Below the pieces are notes generated by a model. The model made no database searches. It was given only the letters and a program-made list of their open reading frames with translations, and was not told the DNA's origin. Positions 22,504 to 34,829 of a stretch of 42,788 nucleotides of DNA are shown in pieces (the stretch's first letter is position 1; the number at the start of each line of letters is the position of its first letter). The DNA is from Folioceros fuciformis. Its lineage: Eukaryota. The stretch is taken from positions 27,473-70,260 of the forward strand of contig JBNGIO010006129.1 of the NCBI GenBank assembly GCA_049999805.1, given 5' to 3'. A program made the position numbers and the translations under genes.

Positions 22504-25500
22504 CTACACAGCCTTAGGGACTGTTAGGGTAAACTGTCTTAGTCCCAAGGAGGACAAATGCTTGCAATGTTTTTCCTTCGGGAGGCCCTTAGTGAAAATG
22601 TCAGCAGTATTTTCATTGGTGTGTATGTAGGTCACCTTGATTGCTCCTCTTTCAGCCACATCCCTCACATAATGATGGTAGAGTTCAATATGTTTTGTCC
22701 TAGCATGGAAGCGAGGGTTCGCAACCAAGGCTATGGCAGACATGTTGTCACACCAGAGTCGCGTAGGTCCTGATTGTTTCTGCTGCACAGACGACAAGAA
22801 CTGGCGTTCCCATTCTAATTCCTTACAGGCATCTATCAGTGCTTTGTACTCAGCTTCAGTAGAGGACAAGGCCAGCGATGTTTGCTTTTTGCAAGACCAG
22901 TTTACGGCACCACTGGCCAGCAAGAACACATAAGCAGAAAGACTCTGCCGTGAGTCTGCATATGAAGCCCAGTCTGCGTCTACAAAACTGGTAAGTACAA
23001 AATCCTGTGAAGTGGAAGCTGTATAGTGTAGACCATAATCAATAGTGCCCTTCAAGTATCGGTATATGCGCTTAACTGCGGCCCAATGCACTTTACCAGG
23101 GTGCTGCAGAAACTGAGAGACTACACTGACACTGTGGCTGATATCAGGCCTCGTCCAGTTAGCCACAAGAATCAGGCAGCCAACTGCTTCGGAATAAGGA
23201 ATGGTAGACATTGCCCGTGACTCGTCATCAGACTGTGGGCAATGGTCTGAAGTGAGCTTTTCTCCCACTGCCGAAGGAGTGGCCACTGATTTCGCAGCAT
23301 CCAGGTGAAAACGTTTCAGAATTTCCTTGAGATACTTTGTCTGATGAAGGATGATAGTGCCTTGTGGTCTGTCACGCAGAACCTGAATACCGAGGCAGAA
23401 CTGAAGCTCCCCTTGGTCAGTCATCTCAAACTCCGACCGGAGCAAGTCCTTAACCTTGTTCACCTGAGACATACTGTTACTTAGCAAGATTGCGTCGTCC
23501 ACATAGAGTGCAAGCACAACAAACAAGGCACCGTCAGGCAGGTAAAACACATTAGTATCTGCAGGGGACTGGTGAAAAGCGGCCTTGAGAAGAAAATGTG
23601 TAATGTATTTATACCACGCACGGGGACTCTGTTTGAGTCCGTATATAGTCTTCAGTAACTTACACACTTTTTTCGGCGACTGCGGACTGACAAATCCCTC
23701 TGGCTGTTCCATGTACAGAGGTTCCTCCAACTCTCCATGCAGAAAAGCAGTACACACATCCATTTGATGGATCTCGAGATCAAAAGCAACAGCCATAGCA
23801 AGCAAGATGCGCACTGAAGAGGGCTTCACAACTGGTGAGAACATATCTCCATAGTCAATGCCTGGGATCTGACTAAAACCACGAGCAACTAGTCGCGATT
23901 TATACCGAGCTATTGTACCATCAGCCTTTAATTTTGTCTTGAAAACCCACTTACAGGTGATGGGTTTCCGTCCTGAAGGTAAATCTGAAAGCTCCCAAGT
24001 ATTGTTTTTGATTAAGCTGTTGTATCAGCAATTGACAGATGCCAGTGCTCCTTGTCAGGTCCAGACAAAGCTTCAACATAGGACTGTGGATCTGGACAAA
24101 CTTCAGGGACATGTAGGCTGGTGACATGAGCAGAAGGTTTCCTGAAGTCAATTGACTGATAAGGAGGTTCCACCCAATGTTCACGACCTTTATGTTCTCG
24201 GAGTGAATATCTGGGTGGAGAGTCTGGAGCTGATGCCTGTTCCTGGGCCTGTGCAATTACAGGTGTGGAAACAGCGCTATTATCATCAGACTGGTCCAGA
24301 TGTGTGGAACTAGCATTAGAATGCTCAGACTGAAGATCCTCATAGCCATCATAAGTAGGTATGTCAGCAACATTTTCGGGACCTAAATCCTCTACAGGCT
24401 GATCAAGATCAGCAGCTCCCATTGTTTGAACAGGAAGCTCTGAAGATACCAGCTGATCAGACAAGGGGTCAGAAGAATGAGGTAAGACGGACTAACCTAC
24501 CAGTTCCCCATCTGACTCTGGAAAAATATGTAGATCAGTTTCTTCAGAAGAACCATCTGACTCAACATTGTGTGAATTGGTCAACTCAGAGAAATCGGGA
24601 GACAAGGACAGGCGAGGAAGGGTCAATTCCAGGAAAGTAACACAACCTTAGAGGTGCGTCTGTCAAACAACTTGTACGCTTTTGACTCCTTGGAATACCC
24701 TATGAATACAAGTGGAATAGCACGATGGTCTAATTTATCCCTTTTTGCTTTAGGTACATAAGCGAAGGTTGGCGAACCAAACACTCTAAGATGTAATAAG
24801 CTAGGCTTGCGTCCCCAGAATGCCTCATACGAAGTGCAGCCTGATAAAGCTGAGGTGACGAGTCTATTCAAAATATAGGTAGCTGCCACAACAGCTTCTG
24901 CCCAGGAGGACTTTGGTAAGCCTGCCCAAGTAAGCATGCTTCTGGTCATACTCATCAACGTTTGATTTTTCCTCTCAGCAACACCGTTTTGTTGCTGTGT
25001 GTAGGGGACAGCAAGCTACCTGACAATACCATAGTGTTGAAGTAGGTCATCAAAGTGGAGACCTGTGAACTCTCCTCCATTGTCTGTTCTCAAGCACTTC
25101 ACAAGGCCGCCAGACTCACGCTGCACCATAGGGATCCAGGCAGCCACCGAGTCCAGCACATCCCTTTTGTATTTCAGAGGAAATGTCCATGTATACCTTG
25201 AGAAATCATTTGTGATTGTCAGGTAATACTCAGCACCACCTAAGGATTTAACCGGCATTTTTCCTGCGATGTCAGCATGTAGTAGCTCCATGACTGCCTT
25301 GGCACGATTCGGGGTATGATTCCTAAAGGGCAACTCCTTCTGCTTTGATAGGACACGGGAACTACACACAGCTAGGTGCTTAAAACACTATGGGAGACGT
25401 TCCCTATAGCAGTTTGAGACTGACATCAAATCCAGCTTAGTCTTGTTAACGTGTCCAAGACGAGCATGCCACAAAGTAGCATGAGCTGACGACGTAGCAC

Positions 25501-27103
25501 TTGTTGAGAGTGCACACATTGGTGAGTGGGCAAGTGTATTTAACTGATACAAATCATTGACCAAGACGGCAGTTCCAATGGGTGTATCAGGATCAGCTGG
25601 GTGATACAAATAGCACTTCCTATGTTCAAATCGGAAGCCAAGCTGTTGAGAGTGAGCAAGGGCCCAAATGGACAGCAGATTTTTGGACATACTAGGGACA
25701 AACAATACATCATGCAAACTAAGAGAATGATCAGCTGCAAGAGGTATGTGAACAGTCCCCATGCCTTTTACTTCCACTCCACAGGAATCACCTACATACA
25801 CTAGTTCTGGTGTTCTCCCCTGCTTTGAGTGGAAGGTGGAGAAGAGTGCACGATTGTTGCACACATGAGCTGTAGCACCAAAGTCCACAAACCAAGCGGA
25901 GGAGGATTCTCTGGAAGAGGTCAGGCAAACAGTAAGAACTGTACTACTGCTCTTTGGTTGCTGTCCTGAAAATTTGTTGTTCTTAGAAGTAACATGGGCC
26001 TCATGACGAATGTCCTTCTTGGGCTCCCCTGCCTTCTTTTTCCGGCAATCTCGTTCCCAATGCCCTGGGATCTGACACCAATTGCAGTTCCCTTGACGTT
26101 TAGGAGTTGAAGATGAGGGAAGGGCAGGTAGGCTTGGACCTTTCTTGCCGTTGAACTTCCCCCGTCCATAAGACTTGCCTTTAACAGCATAGAGGACTTT
26201 CTCGCCCCGGAGACGAGAAGAAGATCCACCCTTATGCCTGCTTTGTTCCTCTTGCAGAAGGGCTCCCACTACTCCATTGAAAGTAATGAGAGAAGGTTGT
26301 TGGGAACCACCAGCAACATAGGAGGCTTGTAAGGATGCATTCTGACTGGAGATAAATGTCTAGAAACTTGCAGGCAGGCTAGACAGCAGTTGAGCAACTG
26401 CATCCACCTCCGTAAGTGTACTTCCCAAATTAGCTAATTGCGACCTCAAATGTCGAAACTTGACAATATGGGGTCCAACCGGATCTCCTTCACGCAACTT
26501 CAAGCCAAAGAACTCATTATGAGCTGCAACGAGGGTAAGTATATTTTTAACTTGATATGTATCATGCAGTTGAGTCCAGACAGCAGCAGCAGTAGGCAGA
26601 AAATCAACTTCTGTAACCGTGCTTTCATCTAGCCCAGAGAGTAGAATAGCAAAAGCTATCTTATTTCCTCTGTTCCATTTGTCCAACTGAGCTTATGTAA
26701 CACCAGGTTGTGTAATGTCAGGCTTAGACTGAGACCCATCAATGAACTCCCACATGTCACGCGTGTCCAAAAAAGACTTCATGCGAGCCCGCCAACTCTC
26801 GAACCGGGTAGGCCTTCCATCAAAACGATCTTTTTCCTTGAAGTCTCCTGAATAAGGAATAGCAGTTGTAGTAGTAACTGCCTGTGACATCGTGGTAGTT
26901 GCAGAACCGGGCTGGACACCGGGATTTACTGATTGTGTGGTAAACGCTCCAGTAAGGACAGTAGGAGCCAAGGTATTTAGGTAGTTCCTAATGGTGTCAG
27001 TGATTTGAGTCTGTTCCTCTTGATCAGAATCAACACTACTAGCCAGAGATGCATGATGAGCAGAGGAACCATGAACAAATGACTCACTATCATCATCTGA
27101 CAT
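22504..27103 (-). pseudogene. Copia gag-pol (gag, zinc knuckle, protease, integrase, RT, RNase H) with stops and frameshifts
   Basis: CNWCQIPGHWERDC, WFVDFGAT, LWHARLGHV, RTDNGGEF, QQNGVAERKN, LALYVDDAIL, FVDADWAS, TEAEYKA, HARTKHIEL. Stops at 26693, 26360, 25388, 25016; frame breaks near 24630 and 24020. Confidence 0.95.
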
Positions 27104-28810
27104 CAGTCAGCACAGGACACTCAGAAACAGCAGGTAAAATAGAAGTATGTGAATTGATACTTGAGTTTTTAGCAAAACCCTAAAAAGTAACGAAACGACA
27201 CAACCGACAACCTTTCACAGGAACTACGAAGATGAAGTGTCTGAACAAAAACATCACGACAGAAACATCACAGACGCGACCAAACATCACGCCTCTTCAC
27301 ATCAGATAGGTGCTGCGTTGGCGCGCGCCCGAAGCGACAGCAATCGCCACGACACCTGTTCAAATCTGTGAGAAAATCAGAGTGGCAACGAGCAATCCTG
27401 CTCACACCCACCAATCTGATCGGCCAGGGAAGACATGATCAAGTCCACAACTGAATCCAACGAGCCCCTCCTCTGGTAATTTCCAGCCTAAAGTGTTACA
27501 GCGCTCTCGCTGTGGGTAATGGTCTTTAAAGTTGAAGCTAATCGATCCATGTGCTGCATGTGATTGCGTTGCAGATTCGACTGAAAACTATCAACTTGAA
27601 CTTTAAGAGCACCAAGAGCGAAAGCCTGCTGTCTGCGAAATTGTTCTTCAGGGAATTCCAGACGTCGTGGCTGACAGGGTATGTTAACCCTCTCCTTGGA
27701 ACCAACAGAACGATTACCCAAAATCTGATCACGAGTGCACTGTTTCTGTTGACAGTTGGGGACGCCAACTTGAGAACGAGGATTAAACGACCGGCTAAAC
27801 CTATGTTGTGAGAACAACATGGCGGGACGTCCCTCTCTTTTCTTCCCCATTAGACAAGATCATTTGCAGTTTCTGTAATAATTCATAGCAAACTGAGGAG
27901 ATTGACTCGAAACTGCAGGTAGGTGTAGGCGCCTAAGCACACTACCACATGCTTAGCAAAAATTGCTAAGCCCGTGGTTATGTGCTTGGACGGTCTATCA
28001 CTACCCGCTAATTAGTCACTAAATCTCTATATTGCTCTGATACCATGTCACTTGTTTGGATCCATGAAGGATGCACACAAACAAGCTAAGACTAGCACAA
28101 AAGAATAATAGAATTAATATCGGAAGTGTCCTTAAATACAAAACTGAAATGGTAGTAGTTAGACTGATTGGGTAATTAACCCGCGGGTTACTAAAACTAA
28201 CCCTAACGCTAACAGCATGTTGTTTAGGTAAAAGGGAGATGAGGCCCAGATTAAACCATGGCCCATACTACCTCCTTCCCATACTATCGTGTTGACTGCC
28301 TCCATGAAAAGCGGACTCATAAACTCCTAGCCCCAAGCGAGAAATTCGGGGGGGATTCCATCATGCCCTAGAGACTTGTTCCTCGGCATCTCCTTCAACG
28401 CTTGAGCCACCTCAACAGCTGTGATGGGCTTGTCAAGAACACTGCGTTGCACCTTTATCACTTTAGCAGTAAACTACCCATAGGATGAGCTCCAAAGATC
28501 CTCCCAACCTGCCAGCTTTCCGAGACTTGCAAAAATCCCTACATAAAAGTAGGTGATCAATTTTTTCAAGCCACTAAGGAAGTCTTGCCTGATGCCCTGC
28601 GCATCGGGGAGAGCGGGAATTCTTGACTTGTGTCAATTCGCTACCACCTTGTCGAAGAAGAACTTAAAGGGGCAGTCACCTTCTTGCACCCATTTCACTT
28701 TCGCCCGTTTGTACTATCCCCTGGCTCTATCCTCTTCAAGCTTTGCCAAGTCACATTGAATTTCCTGAAGCCGACTTTCCTCTTCCCCAATTAGCGCTCA
28801 CACTTAAGTT

Positions 28811-29729
28811 ACGAATCTAGTGTATATAGACTGAATAGAGATTTGGTTCTTTTCTTCTCTCTCTTTCTTGCTTGACCAGAGAGCCTTCTATCAGAATTCA
28901 AGTCTGCTTCTTCCTCCATCCGTGTGGTGGACCCTGCCACAAATAGTGGGAGCTTAGAATGCCTCCTGCTTCACAATTCAACATAGTGAAGAAATGTTTT
29001 TTCAAATATATCAGCAGCCAAAGACGAGTATTAGCCTCATATTTGCAACTTACTGTAGGTGCTGACAACATGCCCCGGAAACAGCCAACAATTTTCAACC
29101 TTTATGCGCTCCATCGTTGATTTGATGTAGCCCACATCAACGTTGTACCAAAGAGGGCTGCGTGGATGCTTGAGGGAACCAAATGTGACGATATGTGTTT
29201 CCTCATCCAGGCTTGATGGGATAGGAAAGCTCAAATGTTGATTTTGATCAGTCTCAAATTCCCAAGAAGGAAGTTTTGCACTCACAGCTTTGGTCGGCGA
29301 AACCTGTTTTGCAATCTTAGGCATCGCGCTAATTGGACGAGGTGCTGAAGATCCTCCCATGGAGTTTTGAGATGTAGTGGGGTTCTTGCAGTGCTGAAGA
29401 GTCCTTGTGGCGGCGCTCTGAGAGCTCTTAGGTCTTTGCTTCCTGTCGGCGCTGCTGCCCATTGTTACAGAAGACGCTATTTTTCTCTTGTTGCAGGCAG
29501 CTGCTCCAGTGGCGGCAAACTGCCCTAGGGCGTCCCGTACCTAGCATTGACGCTTAGTCAGCGCTCCGTCAGCAGGAGTATCCATGTCGCAAAGCTCCGC
29601 TAGTTTCTACTCTAGATGGCTTATGAACGTGATGCTAAGGGCGTAAAGGAGAATAAGGATGGGAGCAAACCTGTATTCAGGCTCCAACTTTGAGTTGTTA
29701 TTGCACTCCATCATGTCCAAAGGTGCCAT
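28811..29729 (-). pseudogene. Antisense accessory ORF of the outer copia (continues at 18187-18078 after LINE excision; ~343 codons)
   Basis: One frame from CCATGG (ATG 29729) through the TSD to TAG at 18078-18080, with five internal stops and no frameshift. Confidence 0.55.
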
Positions 29730-30178
29730 GGAGAGGTGTTGGTGTAACGCAATGCTTACTCCGCTGCGACGGCCCTTTGTGGATCTAAAGCTTAAGAGAC
29801 AGTCTCACGAATAGCTCACGGCGGCTACAACTGTCCTTGAATCTTAATCAGCAAGTGGGGGTAATGATAAATAGTGCTGATAATGATTAAAGGGTTTATG
29901 CTGTTAAGATAAGACATGTTGGGTTATGGTTAGATAGAATGCTTAAGTGACGTTACATAAGAGTCACGACTTAAGTGAACAGCTACAACGTTTCAGTTAG
30001 TTTAAGTTGTGTTTTGTGTTTATAAACTAAGACTCTTTTCTTGAACCAATAATGCAAATCTTAATGAATTAATATATGTTTTTTGCATTTACCTTTATAA
30101 TTTGTCACAAGCATTGTGGATGGAGGAGGAGGAAATACCTTAGGCATTTGAAAGTAGACAAGCATCATGGATAGAGGA

Positions 30179-30390
30179 GAAGGCCATACCTTAGGCATAA
30201 ATAGGCATCTTGTCTTGTCTAGTCCTTGCAATAGTGTATACTTATATTTATGCCTACACCTAGTATGTTTATTAACATTGTTAAGAAGGCCATACCTTAA
30301 GCATAAACAAGCATCTTGTCTTGTCTAGCCTTTGCAATAATGTATACTTACATTTATGCCTACACCTAGTATGTATGTTAACATTGTTAA
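30179..30390. repeat. 106-bp tandem duplication (2 copies)
   Basis: GAAGGCCATACCTTA.GCATAAA...TTAACATTGTTAA at 30179 and 30285; partial extra copy near 30128-30147. Confidence 0.9.
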
Positions 30391-31726
30391 TCTTCTGCAA
30401 AGGATTCTTAAGAATTCTGTCATCCGCAAGCAGGCAGGCTTGAAAAAAACTCCAAGTTTATCACCTCAATTTTATGACTGAAGGGTTTCTTGAGCTAATG
30501 TGGGGGGCCAGAGGGAGTGGAAGATGGACTAAGAGGAGAGGAAGAGGAGGCAGTTCTACAAGACGTGATGTGGATGCCCATTTGGTTTCTCGAGCTGACC
30601 ATAATAGCGTGCTGGAGGCCACCGTGTTCCTTGCAAGCAACCTCGCCTGCAAAGAGGCCTCATGGCGACCTCGAGGGTCACTTCTTTGAGCCCTAAAGGT
30701 TGGAAGAGCACAGGATGCCACCTACCTCCAACAACCTTGAAATAATTCTCACCAAATCAAGCATGTAGCCCTAGTACAAAACAACTCATTTTTGTCTAAG
30801 TGTCTGTTAGGAGTGCTCAATCCTTTGTATGCAAGGCAGGGTTAGGGTTTCAAGTTGCTTGTAAGAGATCACAAATAAAGATCAAGGTAGGAAAAAAATA
30901 ATACCCACCTGTTTTTGTAAAGAAGAGTTTCAAAGCCATTGCCCTATTGAAAATCACAATGAGGCTATGGATTACCATGCGCATGAGAAAGCCCTATTTA
31001 ATGGCATAGCCACGAGGCTATGAAAAGAAAGCCTTATTGAATAATTGAAAAACATGGCAACGAAGCAAAACATTTCTATGAATAGTAAAATTTTAAAAAA
31101 ATGTGTGTATTTGCATACTATATTGAGTTAGGGCAAGTGATGTGGAGCTCTAATACACATAAAGGCCTATGATTTTGGGGCATATTCTGTGTAATCTATG
31201 GAGGAGGGGAAAAGAAAGAAACCATGTTTTAGTATTCTATACTATCCTTATTTTATAAGGGGCTCCCTCGTTCTTGGAATTCATCAAGAAAGACATATTT
31301 ACTCAACAGTAAATACATATGGTATCCACATTCTCATATGGAATGCAAGCAATTTTTCCAGCATGCGATCTTTTGCCAAGAACTAAATGCTCGGAGCAAT
31401 ATGTATTTAGTCACTTCATTAACCTTAGGCTCTTAATCTCCGTTGCTCTTTATGAGGAGTGGAGTTCCTTTTTAAGAATAAACTACAACAATGGTTCCGT
31501 ACGCGATAACGATCGAAAGCATCTATCATGCCTTTTGACACGCAAGAGGTGTGGTAAGGTCTCCCCGTTCTCTCCGTTCTTCCAGAATTTATGCTCCGCT
31601 GTCATATACATTTCGAAACTTGTGCACAGCAGACGAGATGTTCGTACTCCCTCATCTGCAAGCCCCATCGTTGGACTACTTCGTCTGTCAATGCTGGACG
31701 TTTGGCTCTACATTGTCAAGAACTCA

Positions 31727-34050
31727 TCAAGCAGGCACAAAATTCCAGAGAGTGACAGTATTATCCGTGTGCCCTGTGACTGCACGAGTTGATCCCATTT
31801 TGACACACAAAATCGGAGCGGTTTGTAACTGACACCTCAAAATAGGTGCGTCCGGAGGTCCCGGTCTCCACTCTCTTTGGTAAGTACTGAGACGCGAGTT
31901 CACAATCCTTGACGTACACTGCCCATCGCCATCGCCCCTTGCCAGATCCCGAACTGTGTTCTCCGTAGTTGCCAGCCGAAGAGGTTGATCAAATTGGGTT
32001 CGTTTGTAGCTCGAAAGGAGCTCTCCTGTGTCAGATTTCAACACTCGCAACGTACCATCCAGTCCCCCCGCAACAAATATCGTCGGACCATACACTGGCT
32101 GGTGCATGCAAGTAACCTCACTTGTGCTTATCTTCGTTGACCACAGCTCCTTCCGCTTCCTGCAGATACCATTTCATCCAGTTATAGCAAGGTGAAATAG
32201 TATATCTGCCTGAGACGTTGGCACTCAGGCAAGTGCGTAACAAACGAATGTAGCTCACCTTAAGTCCCAGCAATAGAAGTTCCCCGCCCTTGTTCCACAG
32301 TAAAGGTAATGACCAGTTGAGGTCATGTGCACACAGGTGATACCTTTGCGACAAGAGACAGTGTAAGAAGCCCAACGCCACACAGACGGAGCCCTCGAAG
32401 AACTCAAACAAAAGTTGCTTAAGGAGTATACCAGATAAGTGTGCATCAGGCCGAATGCTTGCAACCTCCTGCCCGTACAGCATGTCACAGAGCTGCACCT
32501 TTCCATCATCAGAGCCACTAGCTAGTATTTGAGGAGTAGACCCATCCATGGCAAGACACTTGACCAAGCCTCTGTGATGCCTGCCAAATCCTAGTGCGTG
32601 TCGTTAGATATGCCTTCACACCAACCAGCATCACGAGAGAACCTTGCCTTGCGGAATGACCCACATACGTCGTTGTGAACCACAAAGCGCTGCCCATATC
32701 AGCATGCAACCACACGAGTTTGATTTAGGGGCTTAAGGTGCAAACCTGTAAATTTGAGAGCAGCGGCCACTGTACATGTCCATCACTCGAGTACTTCCAT
32801 CAGCGCATCCTACAACGAGTTCTGGTTCTGCAAGACTGAAACGTCCAACATCAGAGCCATCCATTGCTGAAATTATCCAGCTTGTGACCTATCCAGCATC
32901 AGCTGAAGGCAAGAAGAGAGCAGAGAGCCCGTCCCACATAGCGTCTCACGACAAGACCTAACCATCACGGCTACGCTCCCGTGAGTCACTGGGATGGGAC
33001 AAAAGACGCAAAGCAAAATGGCTCGTCACAATTGCAGACACAAGGCATACAAACAAGAAATACACCAGAAACAACTCAGGCGCTGGTTTGCAACACAGAT
33101 GCGCTTGAGAAGGCTATTTCCATTACGGCTCCAGACGAGCACCTCTGTTCCTGCTGCACATATAACCTGTTTACCAGGCAGAGGAAAATCACAATTGAGT
33201 CCAAACACTAAACCAGAGGAGACTCCAGATGACAGAACCCAGGTTTTCCAAATTCCCGTAGCCACTCCCAACTCACCTTCGATCGATCGAACTCGAGGCC
33301 AATGACAGCGGAGTCACAGGGAACCCTGTACTCCTCCAAACAGTGACGAGACTTCACTGACCAAATCCGGACGGTCTGTAAAACCCATACAGCCGGTACA
33401 CCTCGTTACAGATGGACTAAAGGAAATATCACTCTGTCTGACATACAAAAGAGATTGCATCTTGCTTACCCGATCAGCAGACCCGGTGGCAATCTGGTCC
33501 ATCTCCATCCCACAGCAATTCACTCTGCACCCAGCAAGTTCCACAGAAGGGTGCCAACAGCGGTTAGCACTGACCAGCCTCAGTGCACACTTCAAGGGCA
33601 ATCCAACTGCATCCTTCAAGAGAACACCCTACCTCCCAGAGTGTCCCTTCCACTTTTTCACAGTAACACAACCCTTTCCCATCCGCTTCTGCTGCTCGGC
33701 TGCAATACCGTATATCTTCCACCTGCACACCATCTGAGCAGCGGCTGTAGAGGTGGCAGCTTGGCAACTGTCGTCCACAAGTGAGCTAACCTGCTCCCCC
33801 AGGCCCTCCACATTAGCTCTCTCCCTCATGTAAACTCGGTTCCACAAGGCGGGGCTGTTCTCGATTAGGCTGTGCCTGGACACACATGCACAAAACAGAA
33901 ACATGACCGAGGTCCCATCCAAATGCCACAGGAACCCACGAGAAGCGAAGAACGCTACCAATGGCTACAGACTGAGGGGCAAAGCCCGAGGAGCAACGGA
34001 GACATGCTCTGAAAGATCCTCTGCAGCAAGTCATCTCCAAGCGTGTTCAT
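31727..34050 (-). CDS. F-box/WD40-repeat protein (At3g52030-like)
   Basis: N-terminal F-box MNTLGDDLLQRIFQSM..CPSVCSHW (exon 34050-33959). WD segments WKGHSGR|VNCCGMEMDQIATGSADR, ELVVGCADGSTRVMDMYSGRC, ILASGSDDGKVQLCDM, GTRAGNFYCWDLR, FVAGGLDGTLRVL, VTGHTDNTVTLWNFVPA*. Internal exon borders not all resolved. Confidence 0.85.
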
Positions 34051-34829
34051 GCTAGCTTGCGAATCGCAATCAGTTGCAACAGGGCAGCACCACAGGTCCT
34101 CCAGATCCCTGCTGCACTCTCGGCACTTGGTCCATATCAGCGCGCCTGCAAAGAATTCTGCAGACGTGCATTTCACCGACAGATGTACCCTCGGCGTTGC
34201 TTTGCTGGTGGATGATGAATCACTCCTGATGATTTGTTGGTGTGTGCTGATTCACCATCGCGTGGATCCTCCTGGATCGTTAAGCCGACGATTCAGCTGA
34301 ACGCAGCCAGTCGTTGTTTCGCTCTGCCCTAACAGACGGGATCACTCAGAAGGGTGCCTTTCCAGTTTGTCCTTATGTGCAGTCTTCAAAAGTATGTGAG
34401 GGCTGAAGGGGGTTCACAGCGTTGTTGTCGTAGGTTGAGTCCTGCTAGCTTCCTTTAATCGCTGACGATCCAATCAGCTCACTTGATTCCAATGTAATTT
34501 GTTACTACGACAATGAATAGGTACGATTGCCACAAGCTAATCTTTTTCCAGGGGAAAATCCATAAAGGCAGGGAAAAGAGCAAATAACACAAGAAAGACG
34601 AGAAGTCGAAGTGTCCATTCAGCCTCAAGGAAGACGAGAGTCCAGAATCCGTAGAGTGTGTCTTCAGGTGAATTGTGGCCATCACATGAGGTGCTCCCAG
34701 GCGGGACCTCTACGAGTCGAGGAGAACTTCGCAAGAGTTCTCCGGTCAGCCAGTGTCTCGAATTTGGGTTTTCTCAGATGCCGAAGCTCAGCTCATCTGG
34801 AGCATGAAATAAAGGCTATCTCACAAAGT

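Larger units (their letters stand above)
21441..28214 (-). mobile_element. Full-length Ty1/copia LTR retrotransposon (6774 bp), gag-pol disabled
   Basis: 169-bp LTRs (21441-21609, 28046-28214; TG...CA; 2 mismatches), TSD GCATG, PBS TGGTATCAGAGC (28034-28045), PPT AAGTGGGAG (21610-21618). Removal restores LINE frame LISLLPKQHASLSIANWRPI. Confidence 0.97.
18201..28810 (-). mobile_element. 5'-truncated L1-clade LINE (~3.4 kb net) interrupted by three insertions
   Basis: A-tail (T run 18200-18209). 13-bp TSD ACGAATCTGGTGT (18188-18200) / ACGAATCTAGTGT (28811-28823). ORF2 motifs WVQEGD, KSLGHDG, NWRPITLL..YKVIAKVLANKL, EQRGFVQNR, LDFYKAYDSIEW, GCPLAP, AFANDTLLF, and C-terminal CRLC..ESQHIFYQC zinc finger. 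Confidence 0.9.
16557..30107 (+). mobile_element. Outer, 5'-truncated degenerate Ty1/copia: RT-RNaseH 16557-18068, 3' region split by the LINE, PPT ~29853-29861, probable 3' LTR 29865-30107
   Basis: YKARLVARGFSQIPGVDY, LYGLKQS, LAVYVDDLIL, HARIKHVEVEYHFIRD, NPADILAK with several stops. AAGTGGGGG precedes TGATAAA...TTTGTCA. The two halves are joined by the LINE TSD. Confidence 0.75.

Noticed and set aside
26360-26695. Programmed stop read-through or gag/pol recoding in the inner copia
   Set aside because: The stops fall inside gag and integrase at positions explained by C>T decay, and frameshifts are also present.
27430-27890. Possible antisense ORF in the long 5' leader of the inner copia (+ frame with five TAA stops), and short ORFs 27488-27850
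   Set aside because: Stop density (5 in ~150 codons) is close to random and far above that of the same element's gag-pol; no start codon or domain.
31319-31792. 157-aa + strand ORF downstream of the F-box gene
   Set aside because: Lies antisense to the 3' end and UTR of the F-box gene; no motif or exon structure.
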